Virus record (IMG/VR): IMGVR_UViG_3300042868_009434
Length of the DNA stretch: 64,000 nt
DNA from: a virus
Lineage: Duplodnaviria; Heunggongvirae; Uroviricota; Caudoviricetes
Reading direction: 5' to 3' (one strand)
Shown here: piece after piece, positions 36,267-45,614 of the stretch
How positions within the stretch are numbered: position 1 is the first letter of the stretch
Layout of the letters: each line of letters begins with the position of its first letter
Notes under the pieces: model-generated
Told to the model about the DNA's origin: nothing
Seen by the model: only the letters and a program-made list of their open reading frames with translations
Databases searched by the model: none
Program-made: the position numbers and the translations under genes

Positions 36267-36286
36267 TTTTTTTCTTACTTCCTAAT

Positions 36287-36328
36287 TTTTAACCAAAAAA
36301 AAATCCTGAACTTTTTGAGTTCAGGATT
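36287..36328 (-). terminator. Perfect inverted-repeat terminator upstream of the tRNA promoter
   Basis: aatcctgaactttttgagttcaggatt with A8 on the plus strand, giving a T-run on the minus strand. Confidence 0.55.
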
Positions 36329-36561
36329 CTTATTATATGTTATGATTATTTTTTATTCAAAAATAATATCACTTAATAAATCAACTGAACTTGTATGCGA
36401 GATACGCGGATACGAACAATTACTAAATTGTTGTTTCCAAATTGAGACGTTCATATGTTTATTAGTGTTTTTCATTTTTCTTTTTTTTGTGGTATTTTTA
36501 CCTGTGTTCTTAATAACTATTACAAACTTACGAAAAGTTTATCAAAAGTCAAATATTTTTT

Positions 36562-37272
36562 TTAAAAATCTATTTCAAATAAAGTATCCTTTTCATTTTC
36601 CTCTATATTCTCAGTGTGATATAAAGTGATAGTACCATCAGTAAAGTTAAATATAAAATATCCTTCACCACCTTCATTATTTTCCCAACCACTATAATTA
36701 CTTGATAGTTGATTATAACAGAAATCTTCCATAGAACCTGGTAATTGTTGATTAATCTCATCAAAACCTCCATCCAAAGAACCATCATCACCACCACCAC
36801 TATAACGAGCGGTTAAAATCCCATCACTTGGAATTTCAGCTCCGTTAGATTCTAATTGGTCCATCCATTCAACCATCAATTCTTTTTCATCTTCAAATTC
36901 AAGTTCACCTTCACCACCCGCAGCGTAATAACCATAAATGTTACTTACCGTTATTGATTTACCTGCAGCGTCAATATCAATTAAAAAATCATGATAATTT
37001 AAACCATCAATATCAGGAAATGAATAACGACCTGACTCATCGATATAGTTAAAAATCTTTTGTAAAATTTCTATAAAACCTGATGGTATTTCCAAACTAC
37101 TATTCCAATCAAAATGGGTCACATCTTCCCACTCAATATCAGATATTTCAGTTTTACCATCCCATTCATTAGCTTCGATTCTAATCTCTACTTGTTTTTC
37201 TCCCATGGATTGGATATATCGGGCAACCCTCTCCAAATATTTTTTCTCTTCCGGTGTTAATATTTCATTCAT
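36562..37272 (-). CDS. Hypothetical protein, 236 aa
   Basis: ORF only. Confidence 0.45.
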   Translation of the reverse strand: MNEILTPEEKKYLERVARYIQSMGEKQVEIRIEANEWDGKTEISDIEWEDVTHFDWNSSLEIPSGFIEILQKIFNYIDESGRYSFPDIDGLNYHDFLIDIDAAGKSITVSNIYGYYAAGGEGELEFEDEKELMVEWMDQLESNGAEIPSDGILTARYSGGGDDGSLDGGFDEINQQLPGSMEDFCYNQLSSNYSGWENNEGGEGYFIFNFTDGTITLYHTENIEENEKDTLFEIDF

Positions 37273-37283
37273 ACTAATAAATA

Positions 37284-37631
37284 TCAGTCTTCTATTTTAA
37301 GTGTCTTTAACATCCATAATGGACGATTTTTTTCCCTAATATTATCAACCCATTCTTTTGCGGTTGGAATGTAATTATTACAATCCTCCCTAACGTGTTG
37401 TTCTCCAATATATCGGGTATAAACTATTTTACCATCACTATTTACGAATTCCGTACCGAATCTTTTTTCCATTTCAAAGATTCCTTCTGAGTGATGTCTC
37501 CACATTCTATGTAATGAATCCCCATACCATGATTTGGTTTCATCTAACCATTCATGTAAGTGGATATAATCTTCTGGCTTACCTCCGTATTTTTTTACGG
37601 AGGATTTTGCATGTAAATTAGGGTGTGCCAT
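37284..37631 (-). CDS. Conserved hypothetical protein (MAHPNLH...HRMWRHH family-like)
   Basis: 115-aa ORF adjacent to the glucosaminidase gene. Confidence 0.45.
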   Translation of the reverse strand: MAHPNLHAKSSVKKYGGKPEDYIHLHEWLDETKSWYGDSLHRMWRHHSEGIFEMEKRFGTEFVNSDGKIVYTRYIGEQHVREDCNNYIPTAKEWVDNIREKNRPLWMLKTLKIED

Positions 37632-38092
37632 TAATTTAAAATTTCTTGATGTTCACTAATCACTCTCTTCAATGAGGTGATATATCTTTTGTCTGAGGCA
37701 TAAACTCTACCTAATAGAGCGAAGTACTGACTTCTTGTTAAATTACCTTTGTTTTTTAAGGTAAATTCTTGCCATAATAGGTAATCCTCAATACTACTGT
37801 CCCAATCGTTGTACAGTGCGTATTCCTTTTTCCCCTTATTGATAGCTGTTGTTTCCCGTTTCTTTGGAGCTCTCATACCAAACAAATTATTTTGATTGAT
37901 AAAAAGAGGGGATTTAAAGTGTCCTGACTCTAACACCGCTTGGGCGAAAACTATGTCAGGAAATTTGATGTTCTTTTGGTTTATCTGTTCGTATAATAAC
38001 ACATGGGTTAATGATACGGACTCTGTCTCTTTTCTTGTTGTAAATGACATTAGCACCAACAACAAAGCGAATAAAATTGTTTTTAATTTCAT
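37631..38092 (-). CDS. GH73-family N-acetylglucosaminidase (FlgJ-like peptidoglycan hydrolase) with an N-terminal signal peptide
   Basis: FAQAVLESGHFKSPLFINQNNLFGMR matches the GH73 motif (AQAALESGWG....NNLFGIK). A hydrophobic N-terminus is present. Confidence 0.65.
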   Translation of the reverse strand: MKLKTILFALLLVLMSFTTRKETESVSLTHVLLYEQINQKNIKFPDIVFAQAVLESGHFKSPLFINQNNLFGMRAPKKRETTAINKGKKEYALYNDWDSSIEDYLLWQEFTLKNKGNLTRSQYFALLGRVYASDKRYITSLKRVISEHQEILN

Positions 38093-38272
38093 ACTCTCTT
38101 TTTTACAGTTTATGAGTCCGGAATACTCCTCGCTCGTGACTTTAACAAGTGGATTTTGAAAAAGCCAATACGATAATTTAATACCATCGTATTGTTTGGT
38201 TACACTTAAATTTACGATAAAATTACCATAAATTCAAGACACCTCTATTCTATAAGTACCTCAAAAAACGTC

Positions 38273-38527
38273 TTAAAACCTATTTGCAATGTTTTTGATA
38301 ATCATTTCCTCCTCGTTAGATAAGAATAATCGGGACTTCATTAACTTACCAATTGTCTTCGCCCACTCCTCATCTAATAGGTTGTGGTGAATAGGAGATG
38401 TGACTGGTTCTCCGTCTAAATGTCCCTCCTCAAGAAGGATATCAACTAATTCTTTAATTTCTCGACTCGAGCAATTTTCAATAAATTCTCCCGGTCCGAT
38501 GTCAACATATGTACTAAAATCTGGCAT
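38273..38527 (-). CDS. Hypothetical small protein
   Basis: 84-aa ORF. Confidence 0.35.
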   Translation of the reverse strand: MPDFSTYVDIGPGEFIENCSSREIKELVDILLEEGHLDGEPVTSPIHHNLLDEEWAKTIGKLMKSRLFLSNEEEMIIKNIANRF

Positions 38528-38719
38528 AATAATTTAATTTAATTTTGACAAAAATATAAAATAAAATTGACACTCCAAACTTTTTTGAAGATATTTATTA
38601 GTATGATTATGACCAATTAATAATTGGGGCTTTTGGAAATCATACAGATGTGAGAATGATGGTGTTGTAAGGCTCGGAAAAACCTTAAACCATAAACAAT
38701 CAAATAACAAATTAATATT

Positions 38720-38745
38720 AAAGGGGTTCTTACCCCTTTTTTTAT
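38720..38745 (+). terminator. Hairpin followed by a T-run
   Basis: aaggggttcttacccctt followed by T7. Confidence 0.35.
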
Positions 38746-38781
38746 TGAAAAAATTTACTAAATTTATAAAAAACTTATTAT

Positions 38782-39117
38782 ATGGAAAATTATACAAACC
38801 CTGAACCAGGGGACATGAAACAAGACGTTCAAGATTTATTGAACGCATCTTTAATCTTTGCAAGAGCATTAGGTTTAATCTTTCAACAAGGAGAAGGAAT
38901 TGTTGTTGATATAAAAGGAGATGTTATTTTAAAAGAGGACACAAAAAAAGTTATTGTATTTCAACATAACAATCAAATTCATATCTATAAATGTGAAGAA
39001 GATTTGGAAGAAGGAACTGCGGTTAACATGAATAATGAAGAAAATCAAGAAAATGTTGACTCTTCAGATATTGAAGTAAGCGGAGCTGAAGTTGTAACAC
39101 CAACTGACGAACAATAA
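38782..39117 (+). CDS. Hypothetical acidic protein
   Basis: 111-aa ORF preceding the carbamoyltransferase genes. Confidence 0.4.
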   Translation: MENYTNPEPGDMKQDVQDLLNASLIFARALGLIFQQGEGIVVDIKGDVILKEDTKKVIVFQHNNQIHIYKCEEDLEEGTAVNMNNEENQENVDSSDIEVSGAEVVTPTDEQ

Positions 39118-39136
39118 AAAACAAACAAAAACTTAA

Positions 39137-40801
39137 ATGAGAGTATTAGGATTTTCGGTAGGACACGATAAAGGTGCGGTTATCATAGAAAATGGAAAAG
39201 TTGTGGTGGGTATCACCCAAGAAAGATTATCTAGGATAAAACACGATGGTGCATATCAAGGGGGATTAATTCCTTTTGAATCCATAAACTATTGTTTAAA
39301 TTATTTGAGTATTACTCATAGGGATATAGACTTATTTGTTTATAGTACCACTGAAATAACCGATGATGTTGATTTTCAGTTTTTTAACAAATATCATGAT
39401 TTAAAGAGGGAAAAACTTAAATTTTTACCTCACCATTTGGCACACGCATACTCAACATTTTTTAGTTCAGGTTTTGAAGAATCTGCAATAATCGTTGCGG
39501 ACGCATCCGGAAGTATTTTAAGTTATAAAAACAAATTACACGAATGGTATGATGTTGATAGAACTGATTTAGACCCCGAAGAAGATTGGACCGAAGGAAT
39601 TTCATTATTTCATTTTACAAAAAACGGATATAATGAAGTTTATAAAAAATGGATAAAATATCCTGTACCTATTGACACCAATGAAGGTGTTTCCGTTGGA
39701 ACTGTTTATTCAACAGGTTCTTTACAATTAATTTATGAACCAAATGAACACACTTGGCCCGCAGGTAAATTAATGGGATTGGCGTCATACGCTGATAAAT
39801 CAATTGTGGATGAGGCACCTGAATACGCTCAAGAATTAGAGAATGATATATTCATACCAAATAATACAATTTACCCAAAAGTAACTTGGCAATCCGATTT
39901 TTTCTCAAGAGCGTGTGTTGCCGGAATTTACCAAAAAGAACAAGAAAGGTCTTCTTTAATTTTAGCTAAAATTGCAAAAAACTTAACAAAATCTTCAAAT
40001 GTTTGTGTTGCCGGTGGGTCATTCTTAAATTGTAATTCAAATGAGGTTATATTAAAATCAGGATTATACGAAAATTCTTATTTCTTGGCGCCAAGTGATG
40101 ATAGTGGAATACCGTTAGGATGTGCTTGGTATGCGTATCAACAATTGATAGATATTACATCAGTTGAACCTATGTCACCTTATTTTGGTAAAACATATTC
40201 AAAACAAGAAATCATAACGGCAATTAATAACTACCCTGGATTAAATGTAGTTGAACACACTAAAGAAAGTGATTTAATTAAAGAAGTTACACATTGGTTA
40301 ACCCAAAATAGAGTTATTGGATGGTTCCAAGGTGGTTCAGAAATTGGACCGAGAGCATTAGGTAATCGTTCAATATTGGCATCCCCAATTCAAAAATGGA
40401 TGTCAGGTCATATTAATGGAGATATCAAACATAGAGAATGGTATCGTCCGTTTGCCCCGGCAGTTTTATTTGAACATCAATCTGAAGTCTTTGAATCAGA
40501 TGTTTATTCACCTCATATGTTGGTGACCACATCAGTTAAAGAAGAATGGAGAGAGAAAATACCTGCAGTTACTCACATTGATTATTCTGCTAGACATCAA
40601 TCCGTAACCAAAGAAAATAACCCAAAATTTTATTCACTAATCAATTCGTTTTATGATGAAACCGGTGTTCCTGTTTTACTTAACACAAGTTTTAATGGTC
40701 CACACGAACCAATTGTTGAAACTCCTGAAGAAGCAATTAAAACATTTATTTCAAACAAACTTGACATATTAGTAATCGATAATTTTATTATAAGTAGATA
40801 A
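39137..40801 (+). CDS. NodU/CmcH/TobZ-family O-carbamoyltransferase
   Basis: N-terminal Kae1-like domain MRVLGFSVGHDKGAVIIENGKVVVGITQERLSRIKHDG. An LPHHLAHAYS metal motif and a C-terminal YrdC-like region are present. Confidence 0.75.
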   Translation: MRVLGFSVGHDKGAVIIENGKVVVGITQERLSRIKHDGAYQGGLIPFESINYCLNYLSITHRDIDLFVYSTTEITDDVDFQFFNKYHDLKREKLKFLPHHLAHAYSTFFSSGFEESAIIVADASGSILSYKNKLHEWYDVDRTDLDPEEDWTEGISLFHFTKNGYNEVYKKWIKYPVPIDTNEGVSVGTVYSTGSLQLIYEPNEHTWPAGKLMGLASYADKSIVDEAPEYAQELENDIFIPNNTIYPKVTWQSDFFSRACVAGIYQKEQERSSLILAKIAKNLTKSSNVCVAGGSFLNCNSNEVILKSGLYENSYFLAPSDDSGIPLGCAWYAYQQLIDITSVEPMSPYFGKTYSKQEIITAINNYPGLNVVEHTKESDLIKEVTHWLTQNRVIGWFQGGSEIGPRALGNRSILASPIQKWMSGHINGDIKHREWYRPFAPAVLFEHQSEVFESDVYSPHMLVTTSVKEEWREKIPAVTHIDYSARHQSVTKENNPKFYSLINSFYDETGVPVLLNTSFNGPHEPIVETPEEAIKTFISNKLDILVIDNFIISR

Positions 40802-40804
40802 TTT

Positions 40805-42394
40805 ATGAGTTCAATTTATGGATTCTTTACCGGGTCGCATAGTCCATCTATTGCATTAATTAGAGACGGTAAAATAACATTTTGTATCGAGGAAGAGAGA
40901 TTAACCCGAATAAAATCCGGTGATAATTACGATATTAATTGTGAATTATCATGTATTGAGGCGGAAAAATATACAGGTCTAAAAATAACAGATGCCGATT
41001 ACCGAATCTTTGCAAATCCAACACCGGACGAATTTGCCCGTAAAATTACCAACAATAATTATGAAAAAGTTAGTCACCATACCGCACACGCATATGGGGC
41101 TTACTACACCAGTGGAATGAAAGGTAAATCAATTACCATCACATACGATGGTGGAGGTGAAAGTACCGTAATGAAAGTTTATCTATGTAATAATGGAAAA
41201 ATGACTTTAATCCAAAGTCATCCATTGGCTTCATTTGGTAGTCTTTCTCACGTTTGGGGATTCAGTACATCCTCGATGAGAGGATATGACGAACATGGTG
41301 AGGGAATATGGAAAATGTGTAAAGATGAAGGTAAATTAATGGGTATGGGTCCAAATGGTCATTACGATGAGACAATTTATAATATGTTGTCCACTGTAAT
41401 TAATTATAAGGATTTTAGATTTTACCCATCCGGGTCATCAAGTAAAACCATGTTTTTAGGTGACATGATGAAATCCAATGGATATTTCGATACTCAAGAA
41501 AAAATGGAAATCTATTCATTTAATTTACAAAAACGAACAGAAGACCTATTCCTAAAATTTATTGACGACTTACATAATTTATATCCTGAATATAAGCAAT
41601 TATGCTTATCCGGAGGACTATTTGCCAATGTAAAATTAAATCAAAAACTCAACGAATTAGAATGGATTGACGAAATTTATATTTACCCACCAATGGGTGA
41701 TGAAGGTTTGTCATTAGGAGCCTGTATCTATAAAGCTGTCGAATTGGGTGAGATTACTGAACCAATTGAACTAACTAATGTTTATTTTGGGAAGTCATAC
41801 AATAATGATGAAATACAGGAAATCTCAAAAGATTATAGTTTTAAGAGAGAACCATATAATCCGAAAGATATCGCAAATTATATCAATCAAGGAGGAATCG
41901 TTGGATGGTTTCAAAATGGTTCCGAATTCGGTCCAAGGTCTTTAGGAGCTCGAAGTATTTTAGTTAGACCAACCGAAATCTCAACACACAAATTATTAAA
42001 TAAAAGATTAAATCGATATGATACAATGCCATTTGCACCAATTATATTAGAAGAATCATTTGACAATATTTTTATACCATCAAAATCAAAATACACATCT
42101 GAGTTTATGACATTATGTTACAACACAAAAGATGAGTGGATTGATAAGATACCTGCAGTTATACAAAAGTCAGATAAAACTGCTCGACCCCAAATAGTTA
42201 AAAGGTCTAAAACACCTAAATTTTGGGAAATATTAAATGAATATTATATGTTATCAGGAATACCATTATTATTGAATACATCATTTAATTCACACAATCA
42301 ACCAATCATTGAAAACCCGGAACAAGCATTTGAGTCATTAAAACTTGGGGTCATTGATAAATTAATAATAGAAGATTATGTTTATTTCCCTTAA
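40805..42394 (+). CDS. NodU/CmcH-family carbamoyltransferase, tandem paralog
   Basis: IYGFFTGSHSPSIALIRDGKITFCIEEERLTRIKSGD, SHHTAHAYGAYY; same architecture as the preceding gene. Confidence 0.7.
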   Translation: MSSIYGFFTGSHSPSIALIRDGKITFCIEEERLTRIKSGDNYDINCELSCIEAEKYTGLKITDADYRIFANPTPDEFARKITNNNYEKVSHHTAHAYGAYYTSGMKGKSITITYDGGGESTVMKVYLCNNGKMTLIQSHPLASFGSLSHVWGFSTSSMRGYDEHGEGIWKMCKDEGKLMGMGPNGHYDETIYNMLSTVINYKDFRFYPSGSSSKTMFLGDMMKSNGYFDTQEKMEIYSFNLQKRTEDLFLKFIDDLHNLYPEYKQLCLSGGLFANVKLNQKLNELEWIDEIYIYPPMGDEGLSLGACIYKAVELGEITEPIELTNVYFGKSYNNDEIQEISKDYSFKREPYNPKDIANYINQGGIVGWFQNGSEFGPRSLGARSILVRPTEISTHKLLNKRLNRYDTMPFAPIILEESFDNIFIPSKSKYTSEFMTLCYNTKDEWIDKIPAVIQKSDKTARPQIVKRSKTPKFWEILNEYYMLSGIPLLLNTSFNSHNQPIIENPEQAFESLKLGVIDKLIIEDYVYFP

Positions 42395-42410
42395 TGAAGA
42401 AAAAATAGTG

Positions 42411-43007
42411 ATGAATTTTACACCATCACCTTATCTACGAATATCAGGTCCTGACGAACTCTATTATGTTGAATTGAGAGAGTATCCAAAAAATGATGAC
42501 CAATCTCTTTATGTTGAAGGTCGTAGGATATCCGGTAATGGTGGTGAGTTTCATGTCCCAATTGAATTTTATTTTGATTTTGAAATTTCAGTTTCAAAAT
42601 ACATTCCTGAATATGGATTAAAAAAAATATTCACACATCGTTTTAATGATTATGGTAAACAAGTATTATTTAATTTAGATACTAACGACCATAATGAATG
42701 TTTATTATGGGTATCTCGAATTGAGGAATATCAAAAAGTACACGGGTGTAAGATTTTTTTAAATACTAAATTTGACGACATTAATACAAAGTATGCTTCA
42801 TATTATCAGGTGGATGGGATTGATTATTATAAAACATATAATATCGGTAGATTCCCTAAAAATAGTCATGATTGGAGAACAATTGACCCAAGACAAGAAG
42901 GGGTTATTTGGTACGGGAATTGGAAAACATTTTGGTCATATCAACATCCAAGATTATACTCCAACTTATCAAGCAAAGAAATTATTGATGATATTTTGGC
43001 ACTTTAA
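42411..43007 (+). CDS. Hypothetical protein
   Basis: ORF 42378-43007 with an internal Met start. Confidence 0.4.
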   Translation: MNFTPSPYLRISGPDELYYVELREYPKNDDQSLYVEGRRISGNGGEFHVPIEFYFDFEISVSKYIPEYGLKKIFTHRFNDYGKQVLFNLDTNDHNECLLWVSRIEEYQKVHGCKIFLNTKFDDINTKYASYYQVDGIDYYKTYNIGRFPKNSHDWRTIDPRQEGVIWYGNWKTFWSYQHPRLYSNLSSKEIIDDILAL

Positions 43008-43042
43008 TTATTTTTGTATATCTTTGTTGAAAATTAAAACAT

Positions 43043-43789
43043 ATGATGAACGTAGGACAAGAATTTCAAAGTTATTACACAAAACATTTAGGTAAACCAT
43101 CTTTGGATTTACACAACTTCAACAACCACATTCAAAATTCAATGACTCCTTACATTTTGGAGGAAAGAGAAATGAGAGTAACCCAAATGGATATTTTCTC
43201 TCGTTTAATGATGGATAGAATATTATGGGCTTCAGGTCCGGTTGACGACAGAATGGGTGATATCATCCAATCACAACTTATTTTCTTAGACAACTTAGAT
43301 AAGAAAAAAGATATTAATTTATATCTACAAACTCCGGGTGGAAGTGTTTTAAGTGGATTAGGTATTAGAGACACGATGAACTTTATTAACGCGGATGTTG
43401 CGACCACTAATATTGGTATGTGTGCATCTATGGGTTCAGTATTATTATCTTCAGGGACAAAAGGTAAGAGGTCATCTTTAATTTTCTCAAAAGTAATGAC
43501 TCACATGGTTTCTCACGGAACACAAGGTAATGTTCAAGACACAAGAATTAATCAACTTGAGGCCGAAAAATACAATTATTTGTTATTTAAAATATTGGCG
43601 GAGAATTGTGGTAAGACATTTGAAGAAATGTTAGAATCATCAAGAAATGATAAATGGTTCAATTCTGATGAAGCGTTACAATTTGGTCTAATTGATAAAA
43701 TTGTTGGTGTGGAGAAAAATCAATCAATGTCAGATATGATGGTTGGATTTGACGATTATTATGAAAAAGAAATTCTTAAAAGAAAATAA
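43043..43789 (+). CDS. clpP: ClpP-family serine protease
   Basis: Aligns to E. coli ClpP: the Ser motif GMCASMGS, the His segment VMTHMVSHGTQGN and the Asp segment SSRNDKWF are conserved. Confidence 0.85.
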   Translation: MMNVGQEFQSYYTKHLGKPSLDLHNFNNHIQNSMTPYILEEREMRVTQMDIFSRLMMDRILWASGPVDDRMGDIIQSQLIFLDNLDKKKDINLYLQTPGGSVLSGLGIRDTMNFINADVATTNIGMCASMGSVLLSSGTKGKRSSLIFSKVMTHMVSHGTQGNVQDTRINQLEAEKYNYLLFKILAENCGKTFEEMLESSRNDKWFNSDEALQFGLIDKIVGVEKNQSMSDMMVGFDDYYEKEILKRK

Positions 43790-43804
43790 GAATTGTTATT
43801 AAAT

Positions 43805-43840
43805 GAAAAAAGAAGGTATTACTACCTTCTTTTTTTTTTA
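43805..43840 (+). terminator. Rho-independent terminator after clpP
   Basis: agaaggtattactaccttct followed by T10. Confidence 0.6.
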
Positions 43841-43902
43841 GATAAGATAAACACCCCCCTTGTTTTAAAAATCTAATTTATATAATAGAGTTTTTAATTC
43901 TA

Positions 43903-44556
43903 TTATGTTGCAACTTCAGGTTTTAATTTATCATAAACACTTGAAGCTTTTTTATTAAAATTGTTGTACACTCCACAGACAGTACTTTCTAATTTGTCTT
44001 GTAATTCAATCACAACTTTAGTATCTTGAATTGCACCTAATAATGTATTTCTTAATATTGTATATCCGGTACCTTGCATCCCTTGTTGTTCTTGTACCAT
44101 CATCACTAATGCCTCAACTAACGCCTCAGAAACTAACGCAGTTAGTTCGTTACAACTTTTTAAGGCTTTTGCAAGTCTCCTTGGGTCTTTAAGTATAAAA
44201 GACATTAAAGCATTTTTAAAAAATCCTGACAATCCAAGTCCTCCTAAAATTGAATTAACAATTGGTTCAACCGCAGTTTGAACAATACCACTTAAACTAT
44301 TCCCGAACATCTTACCCAAGAAATCCATTAATTGCTCATTCAAAATATTGTTTTCGTCTAAAAATCTAATTTCCTCAATTAAATTTTTAGCAATTTTCAT
44401 TTTCTTACCCTCAGGTAGAAATTCAAAATTATCTATAACTTCTTTAGATTCAACTATTGCAAAAATTCTACTTTTAACTAAATTTTCTTCAATTAAAATT
44501 TTTTCTTTTTGTTCTTTAGTCTCTTTAATTACCTTTTTTATTTTTTTCTCAATCAT
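43903..44556 (-). CDS. Hypothetical protein
   Basis: 217-aa ORF. Confidence 0.45.
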   Translation of the reverse strand: MIEKKIKKVIKETKEQKEKILIEENLVKSRIFAIVESKEVIDNFEFLPEGKKMKIAKNLIEEIRFLDENNILNEQLMDFLGKMFGNSLSGIVQTAVEPIVNSILGGLGLSGFFKNALMSFILKDPRRLAKALKSCNELTALVSEALVEALVMMVQEQQGMQGTGYTILRNTLLGAIQDTKVVIELQDKLESTVCGVYNNFNKKASSVYDKLKPEVAT

Positions 44557-44563
44557 TACTTAA

Positions 44564-45607
44564 TTAATTTAATAACCATTTAGAATTATCACCATATGGT
44601 AATGGACCACCTGAACCTCCACGTAGAGTTTCAACATAATTATCAATTTTACTTAGTGCACCACCCCATTTACCATCAAATTCATTCACACATGCTTGAA
44701 CTTTTTCTTTCATTGGTGCAAATGTGTTTGGTTCAACTCGTTTTTTAGTTCTCCAAGCCTCATAGTAAGCTCTAATTGTATCTCTACAGTCACTTTTACT
44801 TGTTGGAGTTTGACTCGTAACCGCTTTACTAAATTGGTCGGCGATTTTATCTCCTGATGACCCTACGACTAAATTAGGTGAAAAATACATGATTAAATCT
44901 TGAGAGAATATACCTTCACTAGCAGGACTGACAACTTTTGAAGTCCAAGTTTTAACTTGTTCAGAATCTAATTGATTTCTTAATTTATACCCTAAATCAG
45001 TATATTTTTTAATAAGTTTTGTTTGTTCATCGTTTAGTCCACCAGCGATTCCACTACTTGCAACACTTCTATATAGTGTAACTCCGTTAACAACTTTTTT
45101 CTCAAACATTTTTGGGTTTTCTAAGTTTTCACGAGTTGTTTGAATTTCACTCGCCTCTTTCCATCCACCTTCTGTTTTAACTAAATTAGTATCTTTAGTG
45201 TTTGCATCTTGTTGAGCCTTTAATGCCGCTTGTTGTGTTTTTATTTGTTCGGCTTTTGAACATTTCCATTTTCCTTTTTCACCTGTTGCAGGTAATAGAT
45301 AAGTCATATCTGGATAAAAAATAAGAACTTGGTTAGATTTTAGAGTAGTTGTTTGATAAGCGGGTTTTTTAGTCCCTTTTATGTATTTAATTACCCCATT
45401 TTTAAAACATCCTGCCGCCTCAGAATCCTTAAGAAATTTTCTATCAATTTCATCTTGATTCACAACAACTTCCTCTTTTTTAGGTTCCTCTTTTTTAGGT
45501 TCCTCTATTTTAGGTTCTTCTGTTTGTTCTAATAACCCTTTTTTTCTCAACTTAGAATGCATTTCTAAGATTTGTTTTACTTCGTTTGAGTCTACATTAA
45601 ATTTCAT
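44564..45607 (-). CDS. Hypothetical protein (ORF extends to 45733; start uncertain)
   Basis: Long ORF. The internal Met was chosen to avoid overlap with the downstream gene. Confidence 0.4.
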   Translation of the reverse strand: MKFNVDSNEVKQILEMHSKLRKKGLLEQTEEPKIEEPKKEEPKKEEVVVNQDEIDRKFLKDSEAAGCFKNGVIKYIKGTKKPAYQTTTLKSNQVLIFYPDMTYLLPATGEKGKWKCSKAEQIKTQQAALKAQQDANTKDTNLVKTEGGWKEASEIQTTRENLENPKMFEKKVVNGVTLYRSVASSGIAGGLNDEQTKLIKKYTDLGYKLRNQLDSEQVKTWTSKVVSPASEGIFSQDLIMYFSPNLVVGSSGDKIADQFSKAVTSQTPTSKSDCRDTIRAYYEAWRTKKRVEPNTFAPMKEKVQACVNEFDGKWGGALSKIDNYVETLRGGSGGPLPYGDNSKWLLN

Positions 45608-45614
45608 CTTGTAA

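Noticed and set aside
36315-36629. Plus-strand 104-aa hydrophobic ORF
   Set aside because: Lies in an AT-rich intergenic or promoter region and overlaps the start of the minus-strand gene 36562-37272; likely an AT-bias artefact.
38534-38869. Minus-strand 111-aa ORF
   Set aside because: Overlaps the better-supported plus-strand ORF 38782-39117 and an intergenic AT-rich tract; low-complexity translation.
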